Source: Nymphaea colorata
Taxonomy: Eukaryota
Assembly (NCBI RefSeq): GCF_008831285.2
Contig: NC_045138.2
Span: 19,096,001 to 19,160,000 of the forward strand
Reading direction: 5' to 3'
Length of the DNA stretch: 64,000 nt
Shown piece by piece: positions 1 to 19,300 of the stretch; the first letter of the stretch is position 1; every line of letters starts with the position of its first letter. A program made the translations under genes and the position numbers. The notes below the pieces were generated by a model, which saw only the letters and a program-made list of their open reading frames with translations, did not search any database and had not been told where the DNA came from.

Positions 1-1393
1 TTCAAATCAACTTGTTCAACTTATTGGCATGAATGAAGAAAATCGTATGATTAATTTAATTATAAATGGAAAAGCAACTAATTTAGATAGTGTAAACATG
101 TGCATTGATATAATAATGCCAAATGACCACGAATTAGTTTATATGGTTTTTTTGGTAATTTATCTCATAAATTTAACTTGATAATAGCCTAAATTTATTT
201 GATGAAAGATTATATTTTAGTGGTCGTGATAAATTTAAGTCTGTTTTTATCCATATCTGAAAGTGTGTGTTTATCTAAATTGCATCAAATAGTTACCATA
301 CGGTTACTTTTTTTTTTGAAGGAAATTAACTTGTTCGAGATTTTGATCTCTTTCCATATATTTTTTACTTATTCTTTTTTAGTTATTCCAGTCAACAAGG
401 AAAGTCTGGGATATTTGGTAAATAAAAAAAGGTAAAATGAAGGATGAAAAGAGAAACAATGGGTTTCTTCTGAAGTCCACAAAATGAAATAAAATGTGTT
501 TGTAGTTTGGTGTCATAAACTCAAACTCGTGTTATACAGCAAGTTTTCTCTTTTTTCTAAATGTAGAAGAGATTTTATCTTCCCCCCTCTTGTCTCGCAT
601 TCTTTCCGTGCTTTCAATCTCACTCTAGTCTTAAACGGCCAGATTTTTCTTATGTATTAAAAATCGCTAAACTCCCCATTCTCTCTCTCTCTCTCCCCCC
701 TGTGGCTTCTGCAGGCTTCTGCTCTTCAATACTCCGTTGAAACAGGGGCGTCTATGTTGGCACACTCATCGACAGAGCAAATAAGACACGTAGTCACTAA
801 TGTTGCTTTCAGCAGTGTGTCGGTGGCATGCAGATTCTTTTTTTTTTTCTTTGAGAAATTATTTATCAATTAACTGTAAAATAGAAGTAATACAACACTC
901 TTCCTAAGATTTCTAAATGAATATTTAACTAAAGAAAGAAGGCTTTTTAATCGTAAAGCGAGCTGTGATTATCAAACAAGTAGTTATCATCGATATCTCT
1001 CTGCATATGCCGAAAACTGAACGTCTTCTTCAACCAAAATAAAATTGGAAGTCCAACGTCAAATGATCGGGAAAATAACGTTTGCCACTGTGATTCCAGA
1101 ACAAGAGTGAAGCAAGAGTAGCCCTCGTGGCTATTATAACCATTTCATTTGGATAGAGATCACCATGTGAGAACTCTCCTGTGAGACTTTTGGAATTTAA
1201 AAGTTTTTTCTTTGGAGGACCGTTTGTCAGCAGTCAAAAAATTCAGTTATCAACGGTCGCTTAATGGTCATGCTATCGTAAGGAGCACTTCCCATTTCGA
1301 CCGGCCGATGCAAGGGGCTACTGCCAGGCTATAGACTCAAAGAACATCGTCTGCATCCTTGTTTTGTCTTGACAGTTAACTTGAAGTTTCGGT

Positions 1394-3595
1394 TTACCAG
1401 TAATCCCTGCAAGAACAACGTCCTTCGCTGAAGTGGTGAAACCTATTATTGTCCCTCAGGATGATTTCTCTCTGTAAAATTCCTGAAACGAATTTGAATA
1501 CGCTATGACAATCGCCGCAGACACGAAGGTTTTTTGTGATTCGAATTGGGATCCCTTGTTCTGTACTGATCATTCCGAACGCGAGGGCCAGCTTCTCACT
1601 GTGATACCAGAGTTGGCTTTCCTTCTCTTCCTCCTCCAGATCAAACAACACGAACTTGGTATCGGGAACATAGCCTGCAGCTCTCATCTGTTCCCTCAAT
1701 TTCGTCAACATTGCATAGATCTCGGCTGTGCGGGGATGAGACCGGTCCTTCACATGGAAAACATGCACACCGTCCTTGACACTGATCCAGCTGCAGCCTG
1801 GTCCCTTTCTTATTCCATCATTTTTCATCTCTTCCCTTACCACTGTCGCCTCCTCCCACCTACCACTTGCAGCATACATATTGTACAGGAGAACATGGTT
1901 TCCAGGGTCATGGCGGTCCAGAGCAAACAGCTGAGCTGCGGCTTCAGCTCCCAAGGTAACATCCCCATGAACTCGGCAACCACCTAGAAGGGCTCCCCAG
2001 ACAGAAGCAGTCGGTGCAATTGACATTGTCTTGATCACATTGTGAGCTCGTTCAAGATGTCCTGCTCTGCCTAGGAGATCAACAACGCAGGCATAATGCT
2101 CTGCTCTCGCTCTGATTCCATATTTCTCATACATGGAATTGAAAAATGACAATCCAGTATCCACCAAACCACCATGACTGCAAGCAGAGAGAACACACAC
2201 AAGAGTAATGTAGTTGGGTGCAACACCCTCTTCCTGCATTGCTTCAAACGTGCTTAGTGCTTCATTCACATACCCATGCTGAGAGTAACCAGAGATCATG
2301 GCGTTCCAAGTAATGAGGTTCCTCTCTGGCATCTCGTAGAACACCTGATCAGCGTCCCATATGCTGCCACTTTTTCCATACATGTCTACAAGTGCACTGC
2401 CTACATACACATTTTCATCCAAACCAGATTTGAAAACAAGGCAGTGCATCCACCTTCCTTCCCTCAGGCCAGCTAACCTTGCACATCCACTCAATATGCT
2501 GGAAACCATAAACTCTGTCGGCCTTACTCCTTCCCTCCGAGCACGGCAGAACAGTCTCAAGGCCTCTTCTTCACAGCCATTCTGTGCACAAGATGCCACC
2601 ATCGAACTCCATGAAACAACGTTTGCTTCTTTAATCGAATCAAATACTTTAGCTGCTGCACCGACCAACTGACACTTCCCGTAGAAATCCACCAGCCCAT
2701 TAGCAACCGATACATCGCTGTCGAACCCAACCTTCACAGCGTAGCCATGGGCTTGCATCCCCTGCATTGGGGCAGATGCATCCGAACAGGCATTGAGAAA
2801 GCCACAAAATGTAATCGAATTCGGATACTCGCCCACCCTCCTGATCTCCCGAAATGCCCACATCGCATCCTCCTGCCGACCATTAACCACAGAACCTGAA
2901 ATCAAAGCATTCCACGACACAACGCTCTTATGGGGTATTTCGTCGAACAACTGGCAGGCATCCGCTAAGCAGCCGCACTTCGCATACAGATCGTAGATAC
3001 TGCAGCTTACGAAGACGTCGGTGTCCAATCCAATCTTGATCGAGTAGCCGTGGAGCTGCTTTCCGGTGATCGTCGATCCGAGGCTGCTAGAAGCCTTGAT
3101 CAGACATGGCAAAGTGAAATCGTTGGGCAGGACCCCGTCAGCCTGCATCTCCCGGAAATGCTCAAGGGCGGCAGCGAAACGGCCGTTTTGGACACTGCCA
3201 GCAATAAGGGCAGTCCAGGGAACGACGTCTCGTTGGGGCATGAGGCCAAGAACAGCTCGAGCATCGTCCTGGAGGTCGGATTTGGAGTACAGGTTGATGA
3301 GGTGGGTGGCGAGAAAGAAGAGAGAATGGTGCCCGCATTTGAGGATGGTGGCGTGAGCAGCCTGGCCGAGGGACGGGAGTTGGCAGTCGAGCGCCGACGC
3401 GACGGAGAGAGCGAGAGCACGAGGGTCGGTGTGGAGGAGTTGGAGTTGCTTACCTGCTTGTTGGAGGAGGGTGGTGCAGCTGCGCATAGAGAGAGAGCGC
3501 GCCAGAGAAACAGAGTTGCTTGATAGGCTTGATAGGCTTGATTCAATCAAGTTGCATGGCCACGCTTGCAAACCGAGAACATTTTTTCCTCTCAT
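1394..3595 (-). CDS. LOI1: PLS-class pentatricopeptide repeat protein with E/E+/DYW domains; organellar C-to-U RNA editing factor, LOI1/MEF11 (At4g14850)-like
   Basis: Intronless 733-aa ORF with PLS repeats (e.g. DVVPWTALIAGSVQNG, NLITWNAMISGYSQHG), PG box (PGCSWI), HSEKLALAFG, LRVCGDCH and terminal DYW. The N-terminal repeats (FLATHLINLYSK, PNDFTLPC, PNSITFCGFLNACSD) match my recollection of LOI1/MEF11. An alternative start is possible at ATG 3487. Confidence 0.9.
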   Translation of the reverse strand: MRGKNVLGLQAWPCNLIESSLSSLSSNSVSLARSLSMRSCTTLLQQAGKQLQLLHTDPRALALSVASALDCQLPSLGQAAHATILKCGHHSLFFLATHLINLYSKSDLQDDARAVLGLMPQRDVVPWTALIAGSVQNGRFAAALEHFREMQADGVLPNDFTLPCLIKASSSLGSTITGKQLHGYSIKIGLDTDVFVSCSIYDLYAKCGCLADACQLFDEIPHKSVVSWNALISGSVVNGRQEDAMWAFREIRRVGEYPNSITFCGFLNACSDASAPMQGMQAHGYAVKVGFDSDVSVANGLVDFYGKCQLVGAAAKVFDSIKEANVVSWSSMVASCAQNGCEEEALRLFCRARREGVRPTEFMVSSILSGCARLAGLREGRWMHCLVFKSGLDENVYVGSALVDMYGKSGSIWDADQVFYEMPERNLITWNAMISGYSQHGYVNEALSTFEAMQEEGVAPNYITLVCVLSACSHGGLVDTGLSFFNSMYEKYGIRARAEHYACVVDLLGRAGHLERAHNVIKTMSIAPTASVWGALLGGCRVHGDVTLGAEAAAQLFALDRHDPGNHVLLYNMYAASGRWEEATVVREEMKNDGIRKGPGCSWISVKDGVHVFHVKDRSHPRTAEIYAMLTKLREQMRAAGYVPDTKFVLFDLEEEEKESQLWYHSEKLALAFGMISTEQGIPIRITKNLRVCGDCHSVFKFVSGILQREIILRDNNRFHHFSEGRCSCRDYW

Positions 3596-4418
3596 AAACT
3601 AGCTATTTTCATAGGAAAAGACGTCTTTCATGAGGTTCACATGGGACTCTTCCTCTCAAGGACTTCAAATTCCGTCTCAAGGACCTAATATCTGATGAAA
3701 TGAAAGAACTATTAGAACTTTTTAATAATCCTATCAGCTAGCATCGTGTCAATTTACGCGGCCGATTCTGATAACTCAGGTATAGATTGAAATAAGGCAT
3801 TAAAACCCCACGGGTCCACCGTAGGCAGTCGGGTGTTGTCGATTCGATTTTCATAAGCACTATGTTAAAATAGTATACTATTTCATTATCCCCACATCAA
3901 ATACGAACGCCGCCCTGGACTAGGGAGACGCGGGAATCAAATATAAAAACAATTTCATATGCCCTTGAGGACGTACAGCAGGAACCAATCTATTCATGTG
4001 GAACAGCAAAAGTTGATCGCTCAACCAATCGACGTAAGCCACACACGTGCGCGCACATGCACATACGCGCCATATCCCAACATTCATGCATTGAAGAAAA
4101 CTCCAACTGAAGAATATAATATTCTCGAAACTACACAACACACTCAAAACCAACATTTTCAGAAGCCAGGCTGCAGTACCATATCCTCAGTCATGCTTCA
4201 TACATGCAATCAAACCAACTCAGCTAAAAGTTTCAACTATTTGAAGTTAGGATGCAAAGGGACACCGAGAGAGAACAAAACCTTAAATTATATATGTGTA
4301 TCTGTCGGGATAGTATTTATAAGCATCAACATTTCAAGCATCACTTACCAAAGTATGCTTGATTCTGCAGAATTCACAAATCACTTAATCACTCGAAACA
4401 AAAGTCAAAATCTAAAAT

Positions 4419-11912
<7,494 letters not shown>

Positions 11913-12763
11913 TCCAATAATGCAACACCAGTCTTCTCATCCAGCTGCAAAAATAAAAACAACTTGAAATTCTTACAAATTGAACTGAAAAGAGTGCATT
12001 GGATAATAAAGATGAAAATCAGAGACACTTGCAGGATTTAGATTAACATAAATCAGTAAAAAGTATGAGATTGAGTTCTTCTAACATTTGAACTTTGAAA
12101 TGAGAAATTACAACACACTCATGCACACAGAAAGATGTGTTGTTTTGTTGGGATAACCTGACAGACATGGTTCCTGTGTCATTCCACAGTGTGGTTGATG
12201 ACATATTTCAACTTTCAATATCATTGTTGTTACCAGAATTACCCCTCAAATGATTTTATAAAGTGAAAGGCAAACTTGTCAGTTGTACTTTGAAAATGAG
12301 CAACATCCTTCGCTTCTTTGGCTTTCTAATGTGCGACTTACTAAAATGTCTTTACGCTGAAACAAATTCAGCACCCAACATGTTAGGTCAAAGGAGCAGC
12401 GGGTGCAGCTTTACAGCTGCAAGACAAGACTTCAAACTTGAAGAGCACACACAAGTGACACAACACATGTATATATTTTCCAGTTATAAAGCAGGCTGCA
12501 ACTGGTGACAACAAGGATGAAAGAAAAGAATTGCACCATGGAATTAACAAGGTCATTTTCCTTTTCTGGTTCTAGATCTACTCTATCCTTTCTGATGTGA
12601 ACCCACGAGTCTAGATACTAAGAGGTAAAGGATGAAGTGTGACTACCACTAAGGCATTTTAGCTTCTTGCTAAGTTCTTTTAATTGCTAAAACATCAAAT
12701 TAATGTTATTTGTCAATGTATAAGGAGTATAAAATTTCTGCTTAGATGCACTGTGTAAGTCAT

Positions 12764-12810
<47 letters not shown>
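12764..12810. repeat. (CA)n(GA)n microsatellite
   Basis: Directly visible. Confidence 0.95.
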
Positions 12811-12811
<1 letters not shown>

Positions 12812-13526
12812 TTATCAAGCATGTGACTTCTGAACTCCTTAATTAAAAGATGTAGGCAGGTTATGCTGGCCAAACATAGCCATCAAGAGATGTTCAGCAT
12901 GGAACCAATGCCTGTCTTTTTCAGGTGCAAAAGATTAGATATACAGCATGACTAGAGAGAGAAAAAGAGAGATGTATTATGTACTGTGGATAGCTAACTA
13001 CCATAGGAAAATAATGGACTTAAATATAATCACTGTTTTTATTCTTCTGTTGAAGCTGTTCCTCTGTCTGCTCATGCTGTTCATCCACTTTAATACTGCA
13101 GATTTGTCCATGGTTTGTTGTGGACTCGCTGTTGATCACACTGCTTATTGCTCATGCATGTGATATTATACACAAAGAAAAGGCTCCCAAAGTGCCATGT
13201 TAACCAATCAGAGTAAAGTCAGATCAACACCACTAAAAATGACCACGCAAATTAAAGTCACCAGTATAATTCAGAATCTCATATGAATTCAGCTGTTTGC
13301 ATTCCTACCCTCCTTGTGCAGCTATGTTGTGTACCTTCTATGCCTAATGCAAGCAGCTATCCTCCAATTTCCTCCCAGATCCCAAACCTCACACGAATAG
13401 ACCGAAAAAGTTGTTGATCATGTCTATGCAAGAAACAGTGACTTGAGCATGAACAGAAGTAATCACTAGCACCCCGTTTAAACTGCACAGTATTTCCATG
13501 TAAAAGACAAGATCAGGCCAACAAAT

Positions 13527-13620
13527 TACTACTCCTACTGCTGCTTCTGCTACTACTATAATTACTACTAGTACGACTACGACTACTACTACTACTAAGT
13601 ACTAATCATACTGATAATAA
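13527..13620. repeat. Imperfect (CTA)n trinucleotide repeat
   Basis: Directly visible (TACTACTCCTACTGC...GACTACTACTACTACTAA). Confidence 0.85.
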
Positions 13621-14634
13621 TACCTCAAACGGGTAGGTCATGCACTAAACAATTCTTTTTCCTTTTGGTACTCAATAAGAATCTGCATAAGATGCTATTT
13701 GGGACATATCTTCAAGTTTCATGGTGTTTCCATTCCTCTGTCCCCAAAAAAATAATTAAAAAATAAATAAATAAAACCTGACCTCGGTAAAATGGTGATG
13801 AAACTAAAATTTGAACTTCCTTCCGTAATGGTATACAGTCCTTTTACAAAGGTAGGTTCTTGGTCGGAATCCACCTTTTCAATGGGTCCCTCTTCTGCAA
13901 ACCAGCTGTATTATGCCACCATGTCACCTCATGCTGCAAAACATTCTCGCCGTAGAAAAATCAGAAATCCTCTCATCCACACTAATTTTTAAGGACAGTA
14001 CATACCCTTCTGTGGTTTGAGCTTTTCTATTCCTTCAAAACCATTAATGTAGCACACTATTGGAGATCAACTCATGGATTCCTACAACTGACACAAACAT
14101 GCTATTTTCCAAGTTCGTAAGCAAAGTTCCTTCTGAAAACAAGCCCCCTTACCAAACAAAGGACCTTAATTGATGATTCATCTGCATGCATCTTCGCGAC
14201 CCACCAATGTTTTCGCGCCAAATGTTACGAAAGACCGAGTTCCTCTGCGGTCAACATCCTGGAAAGGAGCGCCTACCACAATTCTGTAATTCTACCGTCG
14301 ATCCATTAGCATGTGCCCATTGAGTTCCATCATTTTCCAATCCAAGTTAACGTTATTTCTCGATACAAATCCCCGCGAAACCGCGGAAACATAGAAAAGC
14401 AAAAGACAAGTTTCTGCAGTAAATTTTTGTGGCAATGACCTTAACAACAGGAAAACCACCAAAAAGAATTTACCGATCTTCCTTTCCTCCGAACGAAGCT
14501 TCAACGCCGCAATTCTTATGAGGCCTTCCTTCTTTGCATGAACAAAGAAAAGTTGTTACTTCTACCAAAAGCTGACTTCCAAAAAACAAGGAACTAGAAA
14601 GGTGAAGAAAAGTGACATGAGTAGTGGTGCTCAC

Positions 14635-14790
14635 CAACTTGCACTTCCAATCGTCAACTCACAATTCTCGACAAAGCGAGCGAGAGAGGGAGAGAAAAAA
14701 GCTCGAGAATTTCCTGAGGACCGTACCAGAGGGAGGGAGGAAGAGGGAGGGGGGAGAGGACGTGACGCGCGGCCGCGCCATTTAAAACGA
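14635..14790 (-). promoter_or_regulatory. Probable promoter and first non-coding exon of the PLATZ gene
   Basis: On the minus strand, TTTAAA (~14781-14786) and a GC-rich patch precede a CT-rich leader that ends at donor G|GTGAG (14635/14634). A matching acceptor TTTTTGCAG| lies at 11945/11944, just upstream of the PLATZ ATG. Another candidate donor is at 13783. Confidence 0.5.
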
Positions 14791-15130
14791 GGCGGAATGA
14801 CAAAATTGTACCCGACTGGTCATTCCAACCACAGTGGGCAGAACCGTTTCGCGCCAAAACTACCCAATTCCTACAAATCCCCAACACTTCCTTTCGGTCT
14901 TCCGTTTACTGCCTTTCCTTTTATTATATTTCCTGTTACATCATCGGATGGATGTCGCCGACATAGTTACGATGAAGCCCGTTCAGATTCTAAGATTTAC
15001 ATCGGCCGGAACCGTTTCGGACTGCCGTCGATAAGATGGTACCACCGGCAAACGATATTGTGCACACCAAGATCCGACGTTCATTGGCCGGACTAATTTT
15101 GACAAACACTACATTTCTAACTTTAGCACC

Positions 15131-15559
15131 GGGCGTGTTTGAGTGACCGACTCTTTTCTACAATGTGTGGTTACTGATTAGATAGTTTGTCCCAACTGTC
15201 CGATCATTAAACGGGCTAAAAATATTTCATGATGAAAATAAATATCTTAGGTTTTGCCCCGCAAGCAGCTTCTCACCAATCCAACCAACTATACTATCCA
15301 CTGATTTGGATGGCTTGTCATTGAAAATACAATTGCAGCCTGCTTCAAAACTTTTGATGTGTTCGCCAGTTATAAATCTCATGCACAAGAAAATCAATTT
15401 GTTTTGAGGTTGAATGTTTGAGCAAGTCCAAGTCTCGAACCTTACTTTGGATGTTCATCCCTATTTCCACCACGAACAGTAAAAATTTACACCCACCATT
15501 TGATTAAATGGAATTGAATTAAGAACTTGAAATGTCATTTCGGTCCAGCAAACAGGCCC
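15131..15559. mobile_element. Probable Tourist/PIF-Harbinger-like MITE
   Basis: Left end GGGCGTGTTTGAGTGACCGA versus reverse complement of the right end GGGCCTGTTTGCTGGACCGA. TAA follows the right end, but the left TSD is not preserved. Confidence 0.55.
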
Positions 15560-16377
15560 TAAAGGTAGAGAGATACGAAGCAGGACGAATTATAAGAACT
15601 TGGTAAATCTTCAAGACCCTTATTGGGATCGTTTGGAAGCATAAAGAAGAAGTACATTCATTGAACACTAGAATTATTATCCCATGAGCCTTTTTCAATA
15701 TTAGAGTAGATTCATGTACAAAGTATCCTCATTGAATCTGAGACTGAGTAATTAAGTAACCAACAGAGCTTGTTTAAGCTTGAAAAGTAAGCTGTTTCCA
15801 ACAACTCTAAATTCAGTTTAAATTAGAGCTTGCAATGTTGTTAGTTGATGTAGAAATCATAAGGTTCGTTTACCCAAGCTTGAATCCTCTGCTCTAATAT
15901 GGCCCATGGTTTATATGAGTACCATTGCAGCCAAACAAAGCTGAACTAATAAGTAACATTCTCGCACTTCTTCACGCGCAAGCGTGTAAGATTAGAAACG
16001 AATTTGATTTCTACCTATCTTTCCATTTCCAACTTTAAAACAATGTTGGGCACTTAATAAAAAAAATTGAATGCAGCCATTACAATATTATACGTAGTAG
16101 GATTCCACATATATATTATAAACATAACACGTTGACCTCTTGTTGAACGACAAACATTGCAGGAGAAAAGATGGATCTTAAAAAAAAAAAAAAATCTTTG
16201 ATATAATGTGATGTAAAGGAGCTCGTATGTATCTGACGTCTTACAGGTACAGACTCACAGGGACCAGCCTCAACGCCTACAGCCTACTCGAGGTGAAAGA
16301 TCACTCCTCTTATGGACTCTGTCCACACAAATCCCGCAGCAAGCAGGTTGCACGCAGAACTAATGACAGCATGAACC

Positions 16378-19300
16378 TCACTTATGCCTACCCGGTCGCC
16401 CCCGCTCTCTTTCTCGGTCTCGATCTCGCTGTTCCCGGGCACGGTCATAGCCTCGCCCGTACTCGTGTTCGTCCCACTCCCGCTCGTCCGCCTTGTACCG
16501 CGACGACGAAGCCTTCCTCTTGAAGTGGCGGTCGTCCTCCTCCTCATAATCGTGGTCGTGGCTCGACCTCCGGCTGCTCTGCTTCCCCCGCTCATCGTGG
16601 TGAGAGCGAGCGGCATCGGCGTCCTTCGAGCCGTTCGCTGGCTCGTGGCTCTTGCGCTTCTTGCTGGTGTCGCCGGGATCGGGGAAGCTAATGCGGGAGA
16701 AGACGCTCGCTTTATGCTTCCGGTCAGCCATCGTGGGCTCGGACATCTGAGGATCGTCGGGCTCGGGTCTGCGCTTCGCAGGTGGTCTTGGAGACAGGCG
16801 ACCCGAGTCCAAGTCGCGGGTCGGGGCGGGGCTGGTTGCCCTCTCGGACCGATCCAGACTAGCTGCCCGGGGCTTCAGCCTCTGCAATCCAATAACAACC
16901 ATGAGTCTACCCTTCAAATAAATTGTAAGAGACAGAAAAAGAGACACCGTTCTTTGTTCCTCTGTTTTTTGTCCCTTCGTAAAGGAACAAAAAAGAAAAG
17001 GACGAGAGCATAGAATGATTATTCGTTGGACCACGCGAAAACCAACTAAAAATCACTCAAAGTTGACCAAACAATAACTAGACCCGACAAGATTTCATGT
17101 TTCGACTCCACAGGTGTTAAAAGAATTAATCAATGACAGGGCCCAGTTGACATTCTTTTCTGTTTAGTATTTTAACGGGCAGACTTGAACTGCCAAATCC
17201 ATTTTAGGGCCTAAACGGATCCTTCTTTCCTCCATTTTCTAGGTTTCCCGCAATCTTTCATACAAGAAAATGGTGAGAAGCATGGGGCCCTTATACCGAA
17301 TTTCTGAACTGCTGTCGACCGGATATCCACCGGGTGACCGTAAAGCAGAAGACAGTCCAAAATACAAGTTCGCGTATCGGAACTTTCCGGCAATCGAAGA
17401 AATCTTCACAATTTTCAGCGGACAAGTCGTGACAACGCCTGCCACCACATAAACCGCACCTCTGTACCTTTCCCACCCAGCTCCCTTGGATAGAACACAC
17501 AGAGAAACCAGAGAACGGAGAACCACAGTGCTCACAACAGCGACCACACTTCCAATGGTGAACCACCTACAACTACAAGAGGTATATAATATCTTACGCA
17601 GCCAGCCAGAAGGGAGAAAAGTTGACCACAGAACCATCTCACACTGGTACACACCGACAGGCTTAACAAACAAACCTTGTTATTCAGAAAGCCTGCAGTA
17701 ACTCCGCAAAGTTGATCCGAAATAAATGTACCAAAAGAAGTAACGAAAGGGTGGTGATACCGTGTACAAAAATATTTTTGCCGTGAGATGCAATCAAAAA
17801 AACAAACAAGAAACAAACAAACTAGGAGGATCTTCTTCAAGATATGAAAAGGAAAAAGATCAGGCACAGGCCGAACTTGATCACAACTGCCCCCCTCGAC
17901 CGGAAAAAACGCACAGCATGCGGCCCAGTTTGATACAAACTTTCCGACTTTTGACATATTCACATATTACAGTTTTATCTGACAAAACGACAATTTAACG
18001 CTTACAAATTATTTAATGTTGTCTGCGCCTTTCTTAAAAGAGAATTCTTCTAACGGCTAGAAGCAAGTTTTATATACGTTAATAAGGCCTTCAGGTTTAG
18101 CTAAACTTTTTATTTTGATGACAAACGACAAAATCGACGATGTGGTGAAGGTCGACCCCCGTTCCAAAGGACAGTAACCCTGAAGCAGCCGACCGCACGT
18201 TAACCCCATTCCCTCCACTGTACAGGACAACAAATAGACAGCACTCCTGCTAAATCCATCCGAGCCAGTCAATTTCAATCAAACTAATGGTAAAACAACC
18301 TGCCGTATCTCCACCGTTTTCCCAAGTTCTAAATCCACCTTGAAATGGCTGCTTTCCAACGGGTAACAGGCCTCCCAATCCCCAATCCAACCTGAACTGA
18401 TTGATTTTATTCAACATTTTTTGAGGTTTTCGTGTTAAAAATGATAAACTCTCACCACCTCCTTCCCTCCCCTTGCCTCCCCACTTAACCAACCACCTCT
18501 CATATTGCACCAGTGTAAGTTGAAACCTCAACAGTCAAAGGCATTAGAGACAGAGGATGGTGTCTGCAGGCATGGGTGCTCGCAACAGTGAATGCGAGCA
18601 TTTACTCGGACAACAGAGCCTCGGGAAAAGTACCAGAAACTACCTAAGATGGAACATCTCAGTCAAGGACTACCAAGAGAGGTGGACAACCTAAAATAGA
18701 AAGTAGCCCACATGTTGCAAGATTCCCGTGCATGAGGCCTTGTCTTGTCCTTGGCCAACTATAATAGGCAGGCTAGTGATTTAACCCGGGAGACCAATGA
18801 CGGAGACTTCCATTGAGAACTTAGCAGATACAGTACGAAAATACATACAGGTTTCTTATTCAATGATGAATGCGCATCAGCATCAGCATCAGTGTTAAAC
18901 TCCCGGCTGCGACGATCTCTGTCCCTGGAACTCTCCCTGCATGGCAAACACAATCATTATTCAATAGAAGCAGTAACCTGAGAGAGAGAGAGAGAGAGAG
19001 CATGCTACTATCACCTATACAAGGCATTTACTAAGACCGAACTATCGATGTGAAGGTTAAGGGGCATCGATCTTAAAATCAGACATCGAGCCATGATAAT
19101 CTGCAGAAAAGGTTTTATAACAACAATCTTGATGGACTACTCAGATTTTCAATTCCAAATTCCATTGGTGGTTTCCAACATCAAGAACACAGAGTGTTGA
19201 GAACTTCTAGGATAAACCCCGTTCATTGTTAACGTGGCAACAGCCGTGTGTGGTACCACCAAGACTATGTTTACTCATTTAAGTTTAAATAGTGCAAGAA

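Noticed and set aside
18577..18600. Perfect 8-bp hairpin TGCTCGCA-ACAGTGAA-TGCGAGCA with an IRE-like CAGTGA loop
   Set aside because: CAGTGA is antisense to the host gene, the IRE C-bulge geometry is absent, and IRE/IRP control is not established in plants.
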